Position numbers and translations under genes: made by a program
Notes under the pieces: model-generated
What the model saw: only the letters and a program-made list of their open reading frames with translations
What the model was told of the DNA's origin: nothing
Database searches by the model: none
Shown here: piece after piece, positions 14,295 to 28,080 of the stretch
Layout of the letters: every line of letters starts with the position of its first letter
Numbering within the stretch: the first letter of the stretch is position 1
Assembly: GCF_009914755.1 (NCBI RefSeq)
Contig: NC_060929.1
Source: the human T2T-CHM13v2.0 reference genome, Homo sapiens
Reading direction: 5' to 3' (one strand)
Length of the DNA stretch: 64,000 bases

Positions 14295-14587
14295 TTTTTT
14301 TTTTTTTTTTTTTGAGAGTCTTGCTCCGTTGCCCAGGCTGGAGTGCAGTGGCACGATCTTGGCTCAGATCCTGGGTTCAAGCAATTCTCCTGCCTCAGTC
14401 TCCCAAGTAGCTGGGATTATAGGCATGCAGGCATGCACCACCATGCCTGGCCAATTTTTGTATTTTTAGTAGAGACAGGGTTTCGCCATGTTGGCCAGGC
14501 TGGTCTCAAACTCCTGACCTCAAGTGATCCACCCGCCTTGGTCTCCCAAAGTGCTGGGATGACAGGCGTGAGCCACCATGCCCGGCC
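14295..14587 (-). mobile_element. Alu (AluS-like)
   Basis: Reverse dimer with T tail. Confidence 0.95.
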
Positions 14588-14820
14588 GACACCCGCATTT
14601 TTAAGTAGCCTTCTTTTTCAGCAGTGTGACTTTTGCGGGGCAGTACTCAGCAACCAGGATGATGTGGAGCTTCCGGAAGCCAAGGGCAGGCCAGGAGACA
14701 GTTTGATAAGAGGGGCATTCACGTGAGACTGCCTAGTGACCTGAGGCAGGAAAGGAGACAAACTGCAAGAGCAGGGTTGTGGTGCTGGGTGGTGAAAAGG
14801 GTTGAGCCATTGCCCCAAAG

Positions 14821-14909
14821 GGTGCCAGAAAGTGAAGCATTGGAGAATCACCTTGGGGCCGCCGCCCCGAGCCCAGGGCAGTGGTCCAGCCTCTCAGCAG
14901 CTGCGGGGT
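14821..14909 (-). repeat. Arm 2 of the 89-bp inverted repeat, inside 22-bp direct repeats (14785-14806, 14942-14963)
   Basis: See arm 1; ctgggt(g/a)gtgaaaagggttgag on both sides. Confidence 0.9.
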
Positions 14910-15938
14910 TTAGGGCACAGCCTCAAACCTTTAGGGGCAATCTGGGTAGTGAAAAGGGTTGAGATATTTAGGGGCAAGTCCTAGGGCAAGGTCAAAGGAG
15001 GTGCGGAGGTCAGGAGAGAGGCCAGGTGGAAAGCTCCCTAAGCCACCTGAAATATCCACAGCTAGAATAAAACAAGGCAGCCTTTTCCCAATACACAGAA
15101 AAATGCTGGCTCTAGAATTCGGCCAGCTCCATTTTCAGTGTCTTTTACACCAACATTTTAACTTTACCTTCAGTGCCTTTTACTGCTTAGTGGCAAATGT
15201 TCCTAGATGACCATGGGAATCAATGAGCAGAAAGCACTGTATTGATGACTGGAAATCCTTACTGAGAGACACACTCATCTTCACTGGAGAGCTTGTGTAT
15301 GTATATGCATGTGTATGAGTGTGTGTGTGTGTGTGTGCATGCAGGTGTGCTGGGTGGAGGGTGGGGGGCACTTGTTGTGATTTCATATTGTGCCAATAAA
15401 AGCAGATTTTACGCTGGTGAGAGTGATCTCAGTTCATGGGGTGGACGTATGTGTAATGGACGGTGGTCCCCCTGCGGCCCTCTGATTGTGCAGTGATATC
15501 TGGGAAGTCTGAGAACCGCATCAGTGTGGGGTGGACTGGATAGGACGAGAGGCTGGGGACGGTGGGAAGGTGCAAGAGGAAGAAGCAGTGGAAAGGAGCT
15601 GCCAGGTGTTGGAGACAGTGTGAGGGAAGTGAGGAAGCGGCCCCAATAGAGGGCCCAAAGCAAGGGTCCCTAGAGTGCTGGAGTGGGGAAAAGGAAGGGC
15701 ATTCAGTTGTAGATATCATTAGGGCTTAGGAAAAAAAGACTTAAAAAATACACTGATGGAGTTCAGACACCTTCTTCAAAGGGTGGATGATCTGAAACTA
15801 AGGGAGAGGTGAGATTTGGTTCCATTCTTCTGACAACCTGGGGAAGGGCAAATTGGGCCCCAGAATCTGGAACTCAAAGACAGACAGTAGAGATTGAGTT
15901 GAGGTGCAGTGAAAAATCATATGTAAGAGAGAAAAAGA

Positions 15939-16361
<423 letters not shown>

Positions 16362-17014
16362 CTATTCCCCTCAACAGACTATACTTTCTGCTCCACCACC
16401 TAAACTTGAGAGTTTTATTGAGGTCCTGTTCTTTTCGGTGACATCCCACCTCTTCAGCAACACCTTCCCGCCCTTCCAGTTTGAGTGCTCGGTAGCTGCA
16501 CATCCTGTGAACAGGTTGCACACACAGGAATCTCAACATTATGAATAACTGCAAGCAGGATGACACCGGGATCCTCTTCTCTCCCTCCCAATGCCTGCAG
16601 TGGATATCTGGACTACATATGTAAGTAATACATCAAACTGAGTAAATACTATTGAGGAAAATGTTTACAAGGGATGGGAGGGGAAGTCTATGCCAACAAA
16701 GAGACCAGAAGCCACAAGCCCCGAGGCATCCTGGCAGGTCTGCTGCGGGGCCTGGGAGCCGGCTGCTGACACAGGGAATGTGGGCATGAGTCACCGGTGG
16801 GGGCTTCTGAGGAGGAAAACCATGACAAAGTGTGCATATTGAGAAGTGGAGTGTGCATCTGCCGTGCTCAGTAAGCCAGTTGACTGAATAACTCCAGATT
16901 AGGAGAGAGAATAGAACTTGGGAATTTTTATCATTATAAACTTGGGGTATTTTTGGTTCTAAAAATGAAATACCAAAATGTTCTGGTGAATTGTCTGAGA
17001 GAGTCTAAACCCTA

Positions 17015-17418
<404 letters not shown>

Positions 17419-18104
17419 TTAGTAACCATCAGCTCCAGCTCCATTGCAGTCCACGTCTTAGGAGCGTGGATTTTGTTCCCACACACTTTGTGCCAGGGTT
17501 GAGCTGAGCTTTGGCACTGCTAAGCATGTCGCTTCTGGGTTAGGTAGGTGGAGTAGGTTGCTTTAGGTTTAGGGTCACAGGAGAGCTGGGCTGGCTCAGC
17601 CATCCCTCCTTCACTTAGTCATCAGAAATGTTTCCCAGGCACTCAAGCCACGTGCTGCTTTAGCATACAACAGGGAACAGTCTCTGTCCTAGAGAATTCA
17701 GTCCTCAGCCTTGCCCCTCTGCAAGGCTATGAGCAGAATTCCAGGCTACTCTCCCTTCCTGTGGTCTCAGGACTGCCAGGGGCATGGAGTATGGGGATCC
17801 CCACTTTCCAGCTCTGTTTACAGTGCTTGGATGACCATAGTATGGACAGCTGAAGGGAATCCAGGGGACTGTGTCTGTATTTCCTGGAGATGATCACTGT
17901 TCAGGCAAAGCATGGGGCACATGTCGTCATCAAATATGGCTTAGGGCTGGAAATGTCCACTGAATTTCATAGGAAAGAAACCCTTGTGGGATCCTTGGGG
18001 AAGCCAGGGATGGTGGGGGTGGGTGGGGCAGGAGCAGATGGCAGCAATTCAAAGAGCAGCAGGAGGAAATGAAAGTAAAGACATTACCTTCTTTAAAAAA
18101 TGTT

Positions 18105-18268
18105 TATTTTATTTTACTTTTTGAGACAGGGTCTTGCTCTGTTACTGAGGTTGGAGTGCAGAACTGTGATCATAGTTCACTATAGCCTCAATTTCTCAGG
18201 TTCAAGCCATCCTCTTGCCTCAGCCTCCCAAGTAGCTGGGATGACAGGCACAGCCACCATGCCCGGCT
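18105..18268 (-). mobile_element. Alu right monomer (FRAM / truncated AluJ)
   Basis: gagacagggtcttgctctg...ccaccatgcccggct. Confidence 0.85.
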
Positions 18269-19466
18269 GACACTGCCTTCTTACTGTGTAGAGCATAATG
18301 TTTGGGGGGTTTTTCCCAAGAAGCGTGAATTACTTTTGTAATTTTCGATTGTGTGTATTACATATGTCAAATGAAGAAATGGAAGATGAAAAAGTGCAGC
18401 TTGTGCGGATCTGTCTTGCAGAAGGTTCAGCTGTGAGCTAAGCTGGTGGGGGTAGCGCAGGAGCGTGTGGGGGCGTAAAGTCTGTTGTGGAGTGGGGATC
18501 TGAGTGGGCTGTGGATGCAGAAACAGATGCTACACCATGACGGGAGGACCTCAGGGAGGGTTGGGAGGGATCCAGAGTCCCAGGGAAGGAGGGCTCAGGG
18601 TTCTGCTGCAGGGGAGGGTCCTCTTCTGTGTTCCCCAAGATCAGAATGACAAAGTCAGGGATGCTGATGGCTGAGCCTCCCAACATGCAGTCGCTGCCCA
18701 GCCTGCATTCTCCCTGCCTTCATCTTTGTCCCCATGGGCACGTTTTGACCTGAAACTGACCTAAGAGAGAATAAGCTGAGTGACAAGGGAAGCCAAACTG
18801 TGTGATTCACCACGGTAGTTTGAAATCCTGATTTAGGCTTTGCTTTGCTGACTGAATTTATGCTCAGTTAGGGAGAGGATGGGGTGGCAACTTGTAGGCC
18901 TGGCATTAAGCACACTGGTCCCAGCTGAGAGCCAGGCACGATGCCCCCATCCCTCCTGGTTCATAAGGTGCTGGTCTATCAGCTCCAGTCCCCTTGCTTG
19001 GTGTCCCTGAAGTCTCAGTCTGGCAGTTTTACACGTGCTAAGGCATGAATCCGGCTTTACAGAGGGCTGTTGATCCTCAGAAGCTGACACAGAATCTGAG
19101 TATCCTCCTGAGTCCCATATTTACCTACCTATGGCAGGAGGTTTTTTAAAAAATCCTGAAGATACAAAGACTTTGAAGTGTAAGTGGCTAAAGAAAGCTC
19201 AGGTTCCTGGTGATCAGCTGCTCTGTGCTGACCTTGTGTACATTCAGAAGTTTCCAAGATGCAGCAGAGCTGGGTCTAGCAGGCATCGCCTTCTCTTTTG
19301 TTTAACACATCTGTTGAAGATTAACCAAGATGGTGAGGCATCCTTTTAGATGCTGGGGATTCAAAAAGAAATTAACGAGACCTGGTTCCTGCTCTTGGCA
19401 AACTGTCAGCTTACAGAGGAACATAGTTTTGCAAAAACATATTGGAAAGCAGGGCAGTAAGAGTGA

Positions 19467-19872
<406 letters not shown>

Positions 19873-21896
19873 GATCAGTAGGTCTTTTAATAGGTTCTCA
19901 CCTCACAGGACTCCCTCAACTGGCCTTGTAAATCCAACCACATTTATTCTGTTGAATAAAAGGTTCCATTGGCAAAAGACCCAAGGCCTTTTGTCCTTAG
20001 AGTAGGCATGGATTTTCTAGTGATACCCCACTATTGCTAATCCCATGCAGAGCAGGAAAAAGGTGGCAGAACTGGCAGTTAAGTGCACACATGCATTTAC
20101 TTCTAGACATTTAATCACAAAGAAAACTTCCTTAAAAGAAGCTGAAGTTCCGAAATGGTTACATGAATTGAGATTGTAATAGGAGGGATCTAGGTGCTGT
20201 CAATTGAATGGAGTGAGGCCCAAACAGCAACTAATCTCTTTAATAGGGAGATCCAGAAATACACAGAGACCTTTCTTTATATTCCTAAACTGATGAGAAA
20301 GGTAATCTGGCCTAGTGATTCCACAGATTGACTTCAGGACACTCTAGGTTGCTCCCACGAGTGTGGGAATCAACTCAGAGAAATTTGCAAAAACTCCAAA
20401 ACAAATCATTTTGGTTTTTAAAAACATGAGTGTTTTAAAACTGTTTTTTAAAAAATGAGTGACTAAGAGATGTCCCGTTCCCCACTCACTTCTTCTCTCG
20501 TAGGCAGTGGGAGAGCTGGAGGAGCCTGTTACAAACCTCAGCCCATTAGCATCTCCCAGCTCTGTCTTTTGAGAAGATGACTGAGAGGAAGGTGGTATTG
20601 AGAAAACAAAGCATCCAGCCTTTGTGAAGCTGAGCCTTAAGGTCCCCTCTCCAGCCCTGGCTGACCCCAGACCCTCGTTTTCTTCTCTGGCATCCAACTT
20701 CAAGGATTGGCCTGTTTCCCTTTAACTATAGCTACCACTCAGCTCACTCGCTGAAGAAGGCAGAGCCCACGCCTCCTGGCACAGTTTCCCTTCGGCTACC
20801 TAAGGCAAGCGAATGAGTCTTTTTCATCGTAATGAGCTGTATTTCCCTCACTATGGAACAACAGGGGCTAAACAAATTAATAAATATGCTCAGCTTTTCC
20901 TTCTTGGTTTGTGAATTCTCTCTACGTTTTGGCTATCATCCTAACCACTTGCCACAAGCAGCACAATTAATGTTTTTTCTGCAATTAATGTTTTTTCCCC
21001 ATTTAGCTTGCTCTTTCTTTCTTTTCTTTCTTTTCTCTCTCTCTCTCTCTCTTTCTGTGCTGGGATTACAGGCATGAACCACCGCGCCCGGTCGAGTTTT
21101 TTTCTTAATATGCTGTTTTGCTGAACTGAGTTTTAGTTCCTAGTAACAGAGACTAACTCTGGAAAGCTTTCGTCAACGACAATGAAAACAACAGCAGCAA
21201 AAGAAATTATCAGACGGTTGTTATCTCATGAGATCTACTTTGGATTAGTGCTGTCATGTTCCCCTCCAAGCATTCACACAGGAATGTGGTCATGTCATTT
21301 CTAGAACAGTATGAAGACAAGTAGGATCTTTACAGCCCTGAGTCTTCCCATCTGAGCTTGAGGTCTGGCTCTCCCAGTCTCTCTCACTGAGAACAATTTT
21401 TACACATAATACTGGGGTTTAAAAAGCTCAAGCCACTTGAGGTGGGATGTTTTTCTGAGGAAATACCTGGACAAGGGTGCATTTGTGTCCACTAAGGAAA
21501 ATGTTGGAAATACCCTAAACATCAAGAATAGGAGATTGGTACCCCCACAGTAACAGACATTCAAAATCTAGAACTATTATCATTGTAACTTAGCAGTGGT
21601 AAAGCCATAATTGGAAGCCAGCCTGTCTGATATCACTATCTGGTCTTCACCCCAAGCTGCACTGCCTTCTATACACATTTCTCATTCACTTCACCTGGGC
21701 TAGCTCTCTCGGCAAATAAGGCAATGAATCTGGAGAAGCAGGTCCTACAGAACAATTTATATCAAGGCGAATGGATACTTTAATTTTCATACTAATGAAA
21801 GTTAACACTGTTGCTAAATTCCAGACAATGTGAGAAGGTTTTAAATCACTCTCTCCTTCAGTTCTTCATTTAGCCTTGGGAGATGGGAACTGGTTA

Positions 21897-22168
<272 letters not shown>

Positions 22169-22501
22169 GAGCTAGTTATTTTATCAACACTGTGGTGCAC
22201 TTGTGTGCTCCTCCACCACTAGGTTCCCCCTGCCTCCCTCCTTCCAAACCAAGGTGGGGCAGGCCCTATAGGTGCATGCAGTTTTCTCTCTCTTCAAGAT
22301 AAACATACTGCTTGTAATTTTGAAAGGCATGTTACAGACATATAACTGAGCTAGTGCTGAATTTTTAAAAAATGGTCCAAAGACAAATTATTCAACTAAA
22401 TGAACAAATTGTGTAATTGCTATGTATATCTTTCAAAATCATAACAAAATAATTCATTGAAACTTGACAGTCGGATAAAATATAATTTCTCAGTACTTCT
22501 C

Positions 22502-22766
22502 TTTTTGTTTTGAGACAGGGTCTCACTCTGTTGCCCAGGCTGGAATGCAGTGGCACCATCAGGGCTCACTGCAGCCTCGACTTCCCCCTCAAGTAGCTGG
22601 GACTGCAGGCACACGCCACCACACTAGGCTATATTTTGTATGTTTTGCAGAGATGGGGTTTCACCACGTTGCCCAGGTTGGGCTTGAACTCCTGGGGCTC
22701 AAGGGATCCGCTAGACTCAACCTCCCAAAGTTTTGAAATTACAGGTGTGAGCCACCACACCTGGCC
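22502..22766 (-). mobile_element. AluJ-like with internal deletion
   Basis: Reverse dimer. Confidence 0.9.
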
Positions 22767-22851
22767 TCAGAATATTAATTTAAGTTATCCTGAGTCGGCA
22801 GTTTTGATAAGCTACTTTCTCCTACCTATGCAGATTTTGTACATATAATAA

Positions 22852-23219
<368 letters not shown>

Positions 23220-25149
23220 GATTTTGTGTTTCTTTTAGCCCATCTTCCAGAAATGTCCAGACTCTACTGTCTTTGTTGTAAAAGAAGCATATTTTATTTT
23301 TTATTTATTGTTTCTTCTTAGCGGTTTATTTTTAAAAGACAGGAAAATGATCAGCTTGCATCCTGAATCGGACCACTTACTTATAAACGATAGTTCTTCT
23401 TTGAAGCAGACGATGACATTTTAGTTTATATTTAAGGGGAAACACATTCAAATGCTATTTGGACTCAAATTTCTAAGGAAGAAAAGGAAGTGGTAAACTC
23501 TGAAGATAGAACCTCAATTCCCTTGCTGAGTGACGCGGTCAATGAGCACCAATCGCCTACGGGAGGCCAGAAAAGGCTGCGTGGTGCTCCCCTCTCAGGG
23601 CCTGGCCCTGTCCACCTGGGCCTTGGTGACCCGCAGCCGGGACTCTTGCTGTAAAGTGACGCAGTGCTCTCCCTGGGAGGACAGTGGGTCCAGCAAACCC
23701 AACTCAGCCCTCAGGGGGCACTTGAAATTGTAACTACCCCAGGCCTTTGGAAACAACCCTCAACCTTGAAAGGGGAAATTCCCAGTGGGAATTGATGCAA
23801 ACTGTGGTCAGTTACACAAAAAGGTAGAGTTTACTGTAATCTGGGGGCTATTTTTGGTTGCAGAAAGAATCCCCGGAGTAGAGAAGGAGGCCAGCGAGTC
23901 TCAGTTCGCTGCTCGCTCAGAGCCGCCCAGGTGCGAGGGCGTCTTCACCAGAAATCGGTGCTCCCGCGCGCCCCACCCTCCGGGGCCCTGCAGATGCCGG
24001 GTCGGGGGCCGCCAGCAGGCCCTTTGGCTCCTGCTGGAGACACTGGAAGACCAGGCGACCAGGACAGCGGGTCGGGCCAGTGCGGTGTGACACGAGGGCT
24101 CGAGCGGCTTCGCAGTTTAAACCTGTCCTCATCCTACACCTCCCACGGCTGTTTCGGATTCGGTGCCCTCGTGCCCCTCAGCTTGCCCAGCGGCACGTGG
24201 GCCTCAAGCCTGGTCCCCAGCGGCTGCGCCAGCCTAGCTGTGTTCACCTTGGGGCCGCGAGGGCCTCCCACCGGCTGGCAGCTGGTGGACACGCTGTCAA
24301 GATCGGGGGAAAAAAAGGAAGGAAGGAGGCTAGGGGGACACAGGGCTGGTGGCCTCCGCAGTCTTTGACCTGCGACGGGCGCGAGCGCACCTCCGCGCCT
24401 TTGCGCAGAGACCTTCCCCCAAGATTGGCTCACGACGCCTCCTACCCCGAAGTCAAGGGCTCCCTGTGGCAAATCCTCACACGCCCTCCTCCTCCCCGCC
24501 CATCCCCGGCGCCAGGACTGACGGGGAGAGGGCAAGGCCGGGCCAGAGGGGCTGTGGGCCTGGACTGCGGCTGTCGCCCGCGGCCCTGCTCTTTTGGGCA
24601 GCCAGACGTGGGGTCAGCGCCCAGTCGCAGCCTCCGGGGGTGAGTCCGCAGATCCCCGCACGTGACACAGGCCAGGCATGGGGACGGGGAGTTCCTCGTC
24701 GTCCGTTCCCACTCAGATGCTCCCTGAGGTTCCGGAACACCCCGCCCCCCATCCCAGGATCTGACCAACCCTCAAGCCACGGCCGGCCCCGGTTCCGCGA
24801 GACGGGGGACTCTGAGGATTGTCCTCCCTTCCGGGCTGGGACTCCCCCACAGCAGCCGACCGCCCCCAGTTCAGAGTGGCCCGGCCCGCAGCGCTCCCCG
24901 GGCACAGGTCCCAGGTGGACGGCTCCGCTCCCGCGCCCGGCTCCTCTGCCCGCCAAGCGCCCCGGGGATTCCCCGGCCTCCAAGCGGCCGCGGCCGGGTG
25001 GAGTCAGCCCCGAAGCCCGGGATCCCCCGAAGGGAGAAAACCCGCTCTGCTCCTCTGAAGCGGCGGGAGAAACTGGCCCCACCCAGGTCCGGGGACCCGA
25101 CGCCCTCGGCGGAGGCCGGCTCCAGGGGTCCGAGGTTCCCGAAGCTGGA

Positions 25150-25440
25150 GGCCGGCTCCGCCCCGGCGTCCCCCCGCCGCCACCTCCGCCCCCATCCCGC
25201 GGGCCGGCGGAGGGAGGGGCGGGGCCGCTTGCCGCCCGCGACTCGGGTTCGGCTTCTTTAGTGATTGCTTCTGCTTCTCCCGCGCCAGCTGTCCCCAGCT
25301 CTGGGGCAACGCTGCCAGGTGCCCAGTCCCCGCGCTCGAGAGAGCGCCTGCCTGGCTCTGAACTCTGGCCAGGAAGGGGCGCGAGGGGAAGGCCCCGGGG
25401 GAAGGCGTGTCCCCGCGCCCCGCCCCGCCCCGCCTCGGAA
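25150..25440 (+). promoter_or_regulatory. TATA-less GC-box (Sp/KLF) core promoter region
   Basis: GGGGCGGGGC at 25216-25225, tandem CCCCGCCCC at ~25417-25433, CTCCGCCCC motifs at ~25156 and ~25184. The exact TSS cannot be read from sequence. Confidence 0.6.
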
Positions 25441-25657
25441 AGCCCCCGCGGTCCCGCCCACCCCAGGGGCTCGCTCAGCCTCCGGAGACTTTTTTCTTTG
25501 AGCGCAGCCGCCTGGTGCCGGTTTCCGCCGAGCTGGAGCGCGCGGGCCACGGCTTCTCTGGGGACGCAGAAGCGAGAAGCGGGGACCTCGGCGCGCGCCC
25601 CGCGTCCCGCTCTTCCTGCCCGCGCCCCGGCCCCCGGCCCGCGCCCCGGCCGCCGGC

Positions 25658-26023
25658 ATGGTGCTGCTGGCCGGGACCGGGCCGGAGGGCGGCGGGGCGC
25701 GCTGCATGACCCCACCACCGCCGTCCCCACCCCGGGGCGCGCAGGTCGAGGAGGACCCCGCTGACTACGAAGAGTTTGAGGACTTCTCGAGTCTGCCAGA
25801 CACCCGCAGCATCGCCTCGGACGACTCTTTCTACCCTTTCGAGGACGAGGAGGAGCACGGCGTCGAGAGCGCGGAGAGCGTCCCGGAGGGCGTCCCGGAA
25901 AGCGTCCCGGAGACGGCGACCCTTCTGCGCGCCGCCTGCGCCAACAACGTGGGGCTGCTGCGGACGCTGGTGCGGCGCGGGGTGAGCGTCGAGGAGGCGC
26001 AGGAGACTGACCGCAACGGCAGG
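25658..26023 (+). CDS. ANKRD33B: First coding exon (122 codons, phase-0 end) of ankyrin repeat domain-containing protein 33B; later exons lie beyond the window
   Basis: Strong Kozak gccggcATGg at 25658. Translation [22 protein letters not shown]...[14 protein letters not shown]...[20 protein letters not shown]...ETDRNGR matches my recollection of ANKRD33B and begins an ankyrin repeat. Canonical donor AGG|GTAAGC at 26023/26024. Lies in a CpG island. Confidence 0.93.
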
Positions 26024-27236
26024 GTAAGCGGGCGTCCCCGCAGGATTTGAGCCCCCTCACTGCCCCCACTCCCCTCCTCCCCACCACATCCCCGCGCCTC
26101 CCAGGTCCTGGCTCCGGACCGGTCCCTCGGTCACTCAGCCGCCGCCCAGAGCGCCTTTTCCCCGCTGTTTGGGAGCGCGGTGCCCTGGGTGGCTTCCCCG
26201 TCTCAGGCTGGGGGACGCGGTGCGGGGAGGGAGCAGTCGAGGTGTCAGCGCGGCAGAAACGCCAGTCCGGCGTCCTCACCGCATCCCCTTCTCGTTTACC
26301 GGTCCCCGTGGACCTCCTGACTGAATTCTCGCTGGCTGCCCGTGCTGCAATCCAGGATGGGCTTCTTGCGGCCCGGTCCCCTCCTGACTATTACCTTTCC
26401 CCAGGTCCCTGGCAGGGGACCATTCCTCCTCCCCTGCAGGAGACAGCCCCTCCTGCCCAGCGCCCCATTTGGCCCCTGGGCCCCTCGCGCCGCCCTTGTC
26501 CTAACACGCTGGGGCGCAGATCGGCTCCTCCAGCCGCAATGATTTGGAAGCAACAGTTTCTTCCCTCGCCGGGACAGCTTGGTCCCCTACCCCACCTCCG
26601 CTGAGCTTTGTGGCCCGCGCCGCGACCAGCCAACGTGATCTCTGACTGGTCTGTCCGCAGGTCACCTTCGCGAGCCAATGCCAGCCGGGGCTCCCCAGAG
26701 TCAGGGCATAGGGAGAGCCCCAGAGCCGCGGGCATCCACCCGGGTAGGGCAGGAGGCGTGGAGGCAGGCACAGGCTATCCTTTCGTTATGACCAGATTCA
26801 GAGAAAACGAGATGTTTAGAAAAGAAAAGAAAAGAAAGGAAAAGAAAAAAAGTTGGCTTAAGAAGACCTGAGAAGGACTGGCTGGTGGAACACCTTCCAC
26901 CAAGCAAAGCACTTCAAGGGAAAACTGCAGAGTGACCACGGTGGCCAAGTTCCCCGTAGTCTGTGCTCAGTGGGCAAATGGCAGCGTTCTCACCTGATTT
27001 TTGTATTGTCCAAGGACCGTGGTATCTGCAGATGCAGCCTAGCACAAATGCACTTGCTTTTTGCTCAGGAGCCTGCAGCTGACAGAAAACATGTGCTTTG
27101 ACTTGGGGACCCGGGTGACCTTGTGCCTTTGGTTTATCCTGCAGTGGGTGGGGCAAGTGGTTTGCCCTGACTGTGGTTTGGGCTGGGCTTAGGTGGATGG
27201 GAAGCCCTCCAATGTCACTCTCCCCTTGTACTACAT

Positions 27237-27331
27237 TGCCCCCGTGATTCAATTACCTCCCACCGTGTCCCTCCCACAACACGTGGGAATTCAAGATGAG
27301 ATTTGGGTGGGGACACAGCCAAACCATATCA
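27237..27331 (-). mobile_element. THE1/MST LTR terminal fragment (~95 bp)
   Basis: gattcaattacctcccacc...caagatgagatttgggtggggacacagccaaaccatatca. Confidence 0.85.
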
Positions 27332-27967
27332 CACAACATTTGAACTTGGAGGAAGGGTCTGTGCTTGTCATATGTTAGGCAGTGAGACCTGAGGTGGCGT
27401 CCCCGTAGGTAGCATCACCTGGAGCCCTGTAGTTCCTGCTGCCATTCCTCTTGCAATGCCTCCTCCCCCAGCCCTGGCGACAGATGCCCTGGCTGGCATG
27501 TGATTAGGGCTTGGAGCTCCACCCGAAGTCCTAGGGCCTGTTTCTCAAGTTCTACATTTGGTTTAACTGAGTTTTCAGGCCCAGATGTGTGTAATCAGAA
27601 ACCTTGCTTTCTGGAAGCCAGTATGGGGGCCCGCTTTAAAGGAAGCCTCACCAAGCTCATAAAGGAACAGGTGGGGTGGGCCTCTCCCCCTGTCCTGGGC
27701 AGCCTGGTGGTCTCCAGTGGGCTGGAATGGGCACAGGAGGGGCCTGGCTCGCCCAGTCCCCACTCTAGGGCACCACTGGGCTCAGCTTTATATAATGTTT
27801 CCTTTAGGGGCAAAACATAAATGTTTGAAAACAGCTGCATTGAAGAAAACTGACAGCAACGTAAACCATCCCCAGGGGCTCGAGCCTAACAGACTGAGTC
27901 TCCAGGCCACACAGCAGAGAGGCAGGGGAGGGCCGTGGTATGGGAGGCTAGCTCCAGCCTCCCAGCA

Positions 27968-28080
27968 GCTCTCTGCCTCAGTTTCCTCGTCTGTAAAATA
28001 GGGATAAGGGCAGCCTCTCCTCTTAGGATGTGAGCATAAAATGGCTTAGTGCCCACAAGGCTCTGGGAAGGCCTGGCCCC
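27968..28080 (+). mobile_element. MIR
   Basis: ctctgcctcagtttcctcgtctgtaaaataggg. Confidence 0.75.

Larger units (their letters stand above)
23870..26780. promoter_or_regulatory. CpG island spanning promoter, exon 1 and start of intron 1
   Basis: Abrupt rise in GC and CpG density relative to the flanks; no interspersed repeats seen; contains the start codon. Confidence 0.92.

Noticed and set aside
26024-26050. ORF-track continuation VSGRPRRI* of the ANKRD33B ORF
   Set aside because: Read-through past a canonical donor into intron 1.
24477-26279. 600-aa minus-strand ORF and 471-aa plus-strand ORF (24349-25764) over the CpG island
   Set aside because: Low-complexity P/G/R/A translations, non-ATG starts, no domain; stops are rare in very GC-rich DNA.
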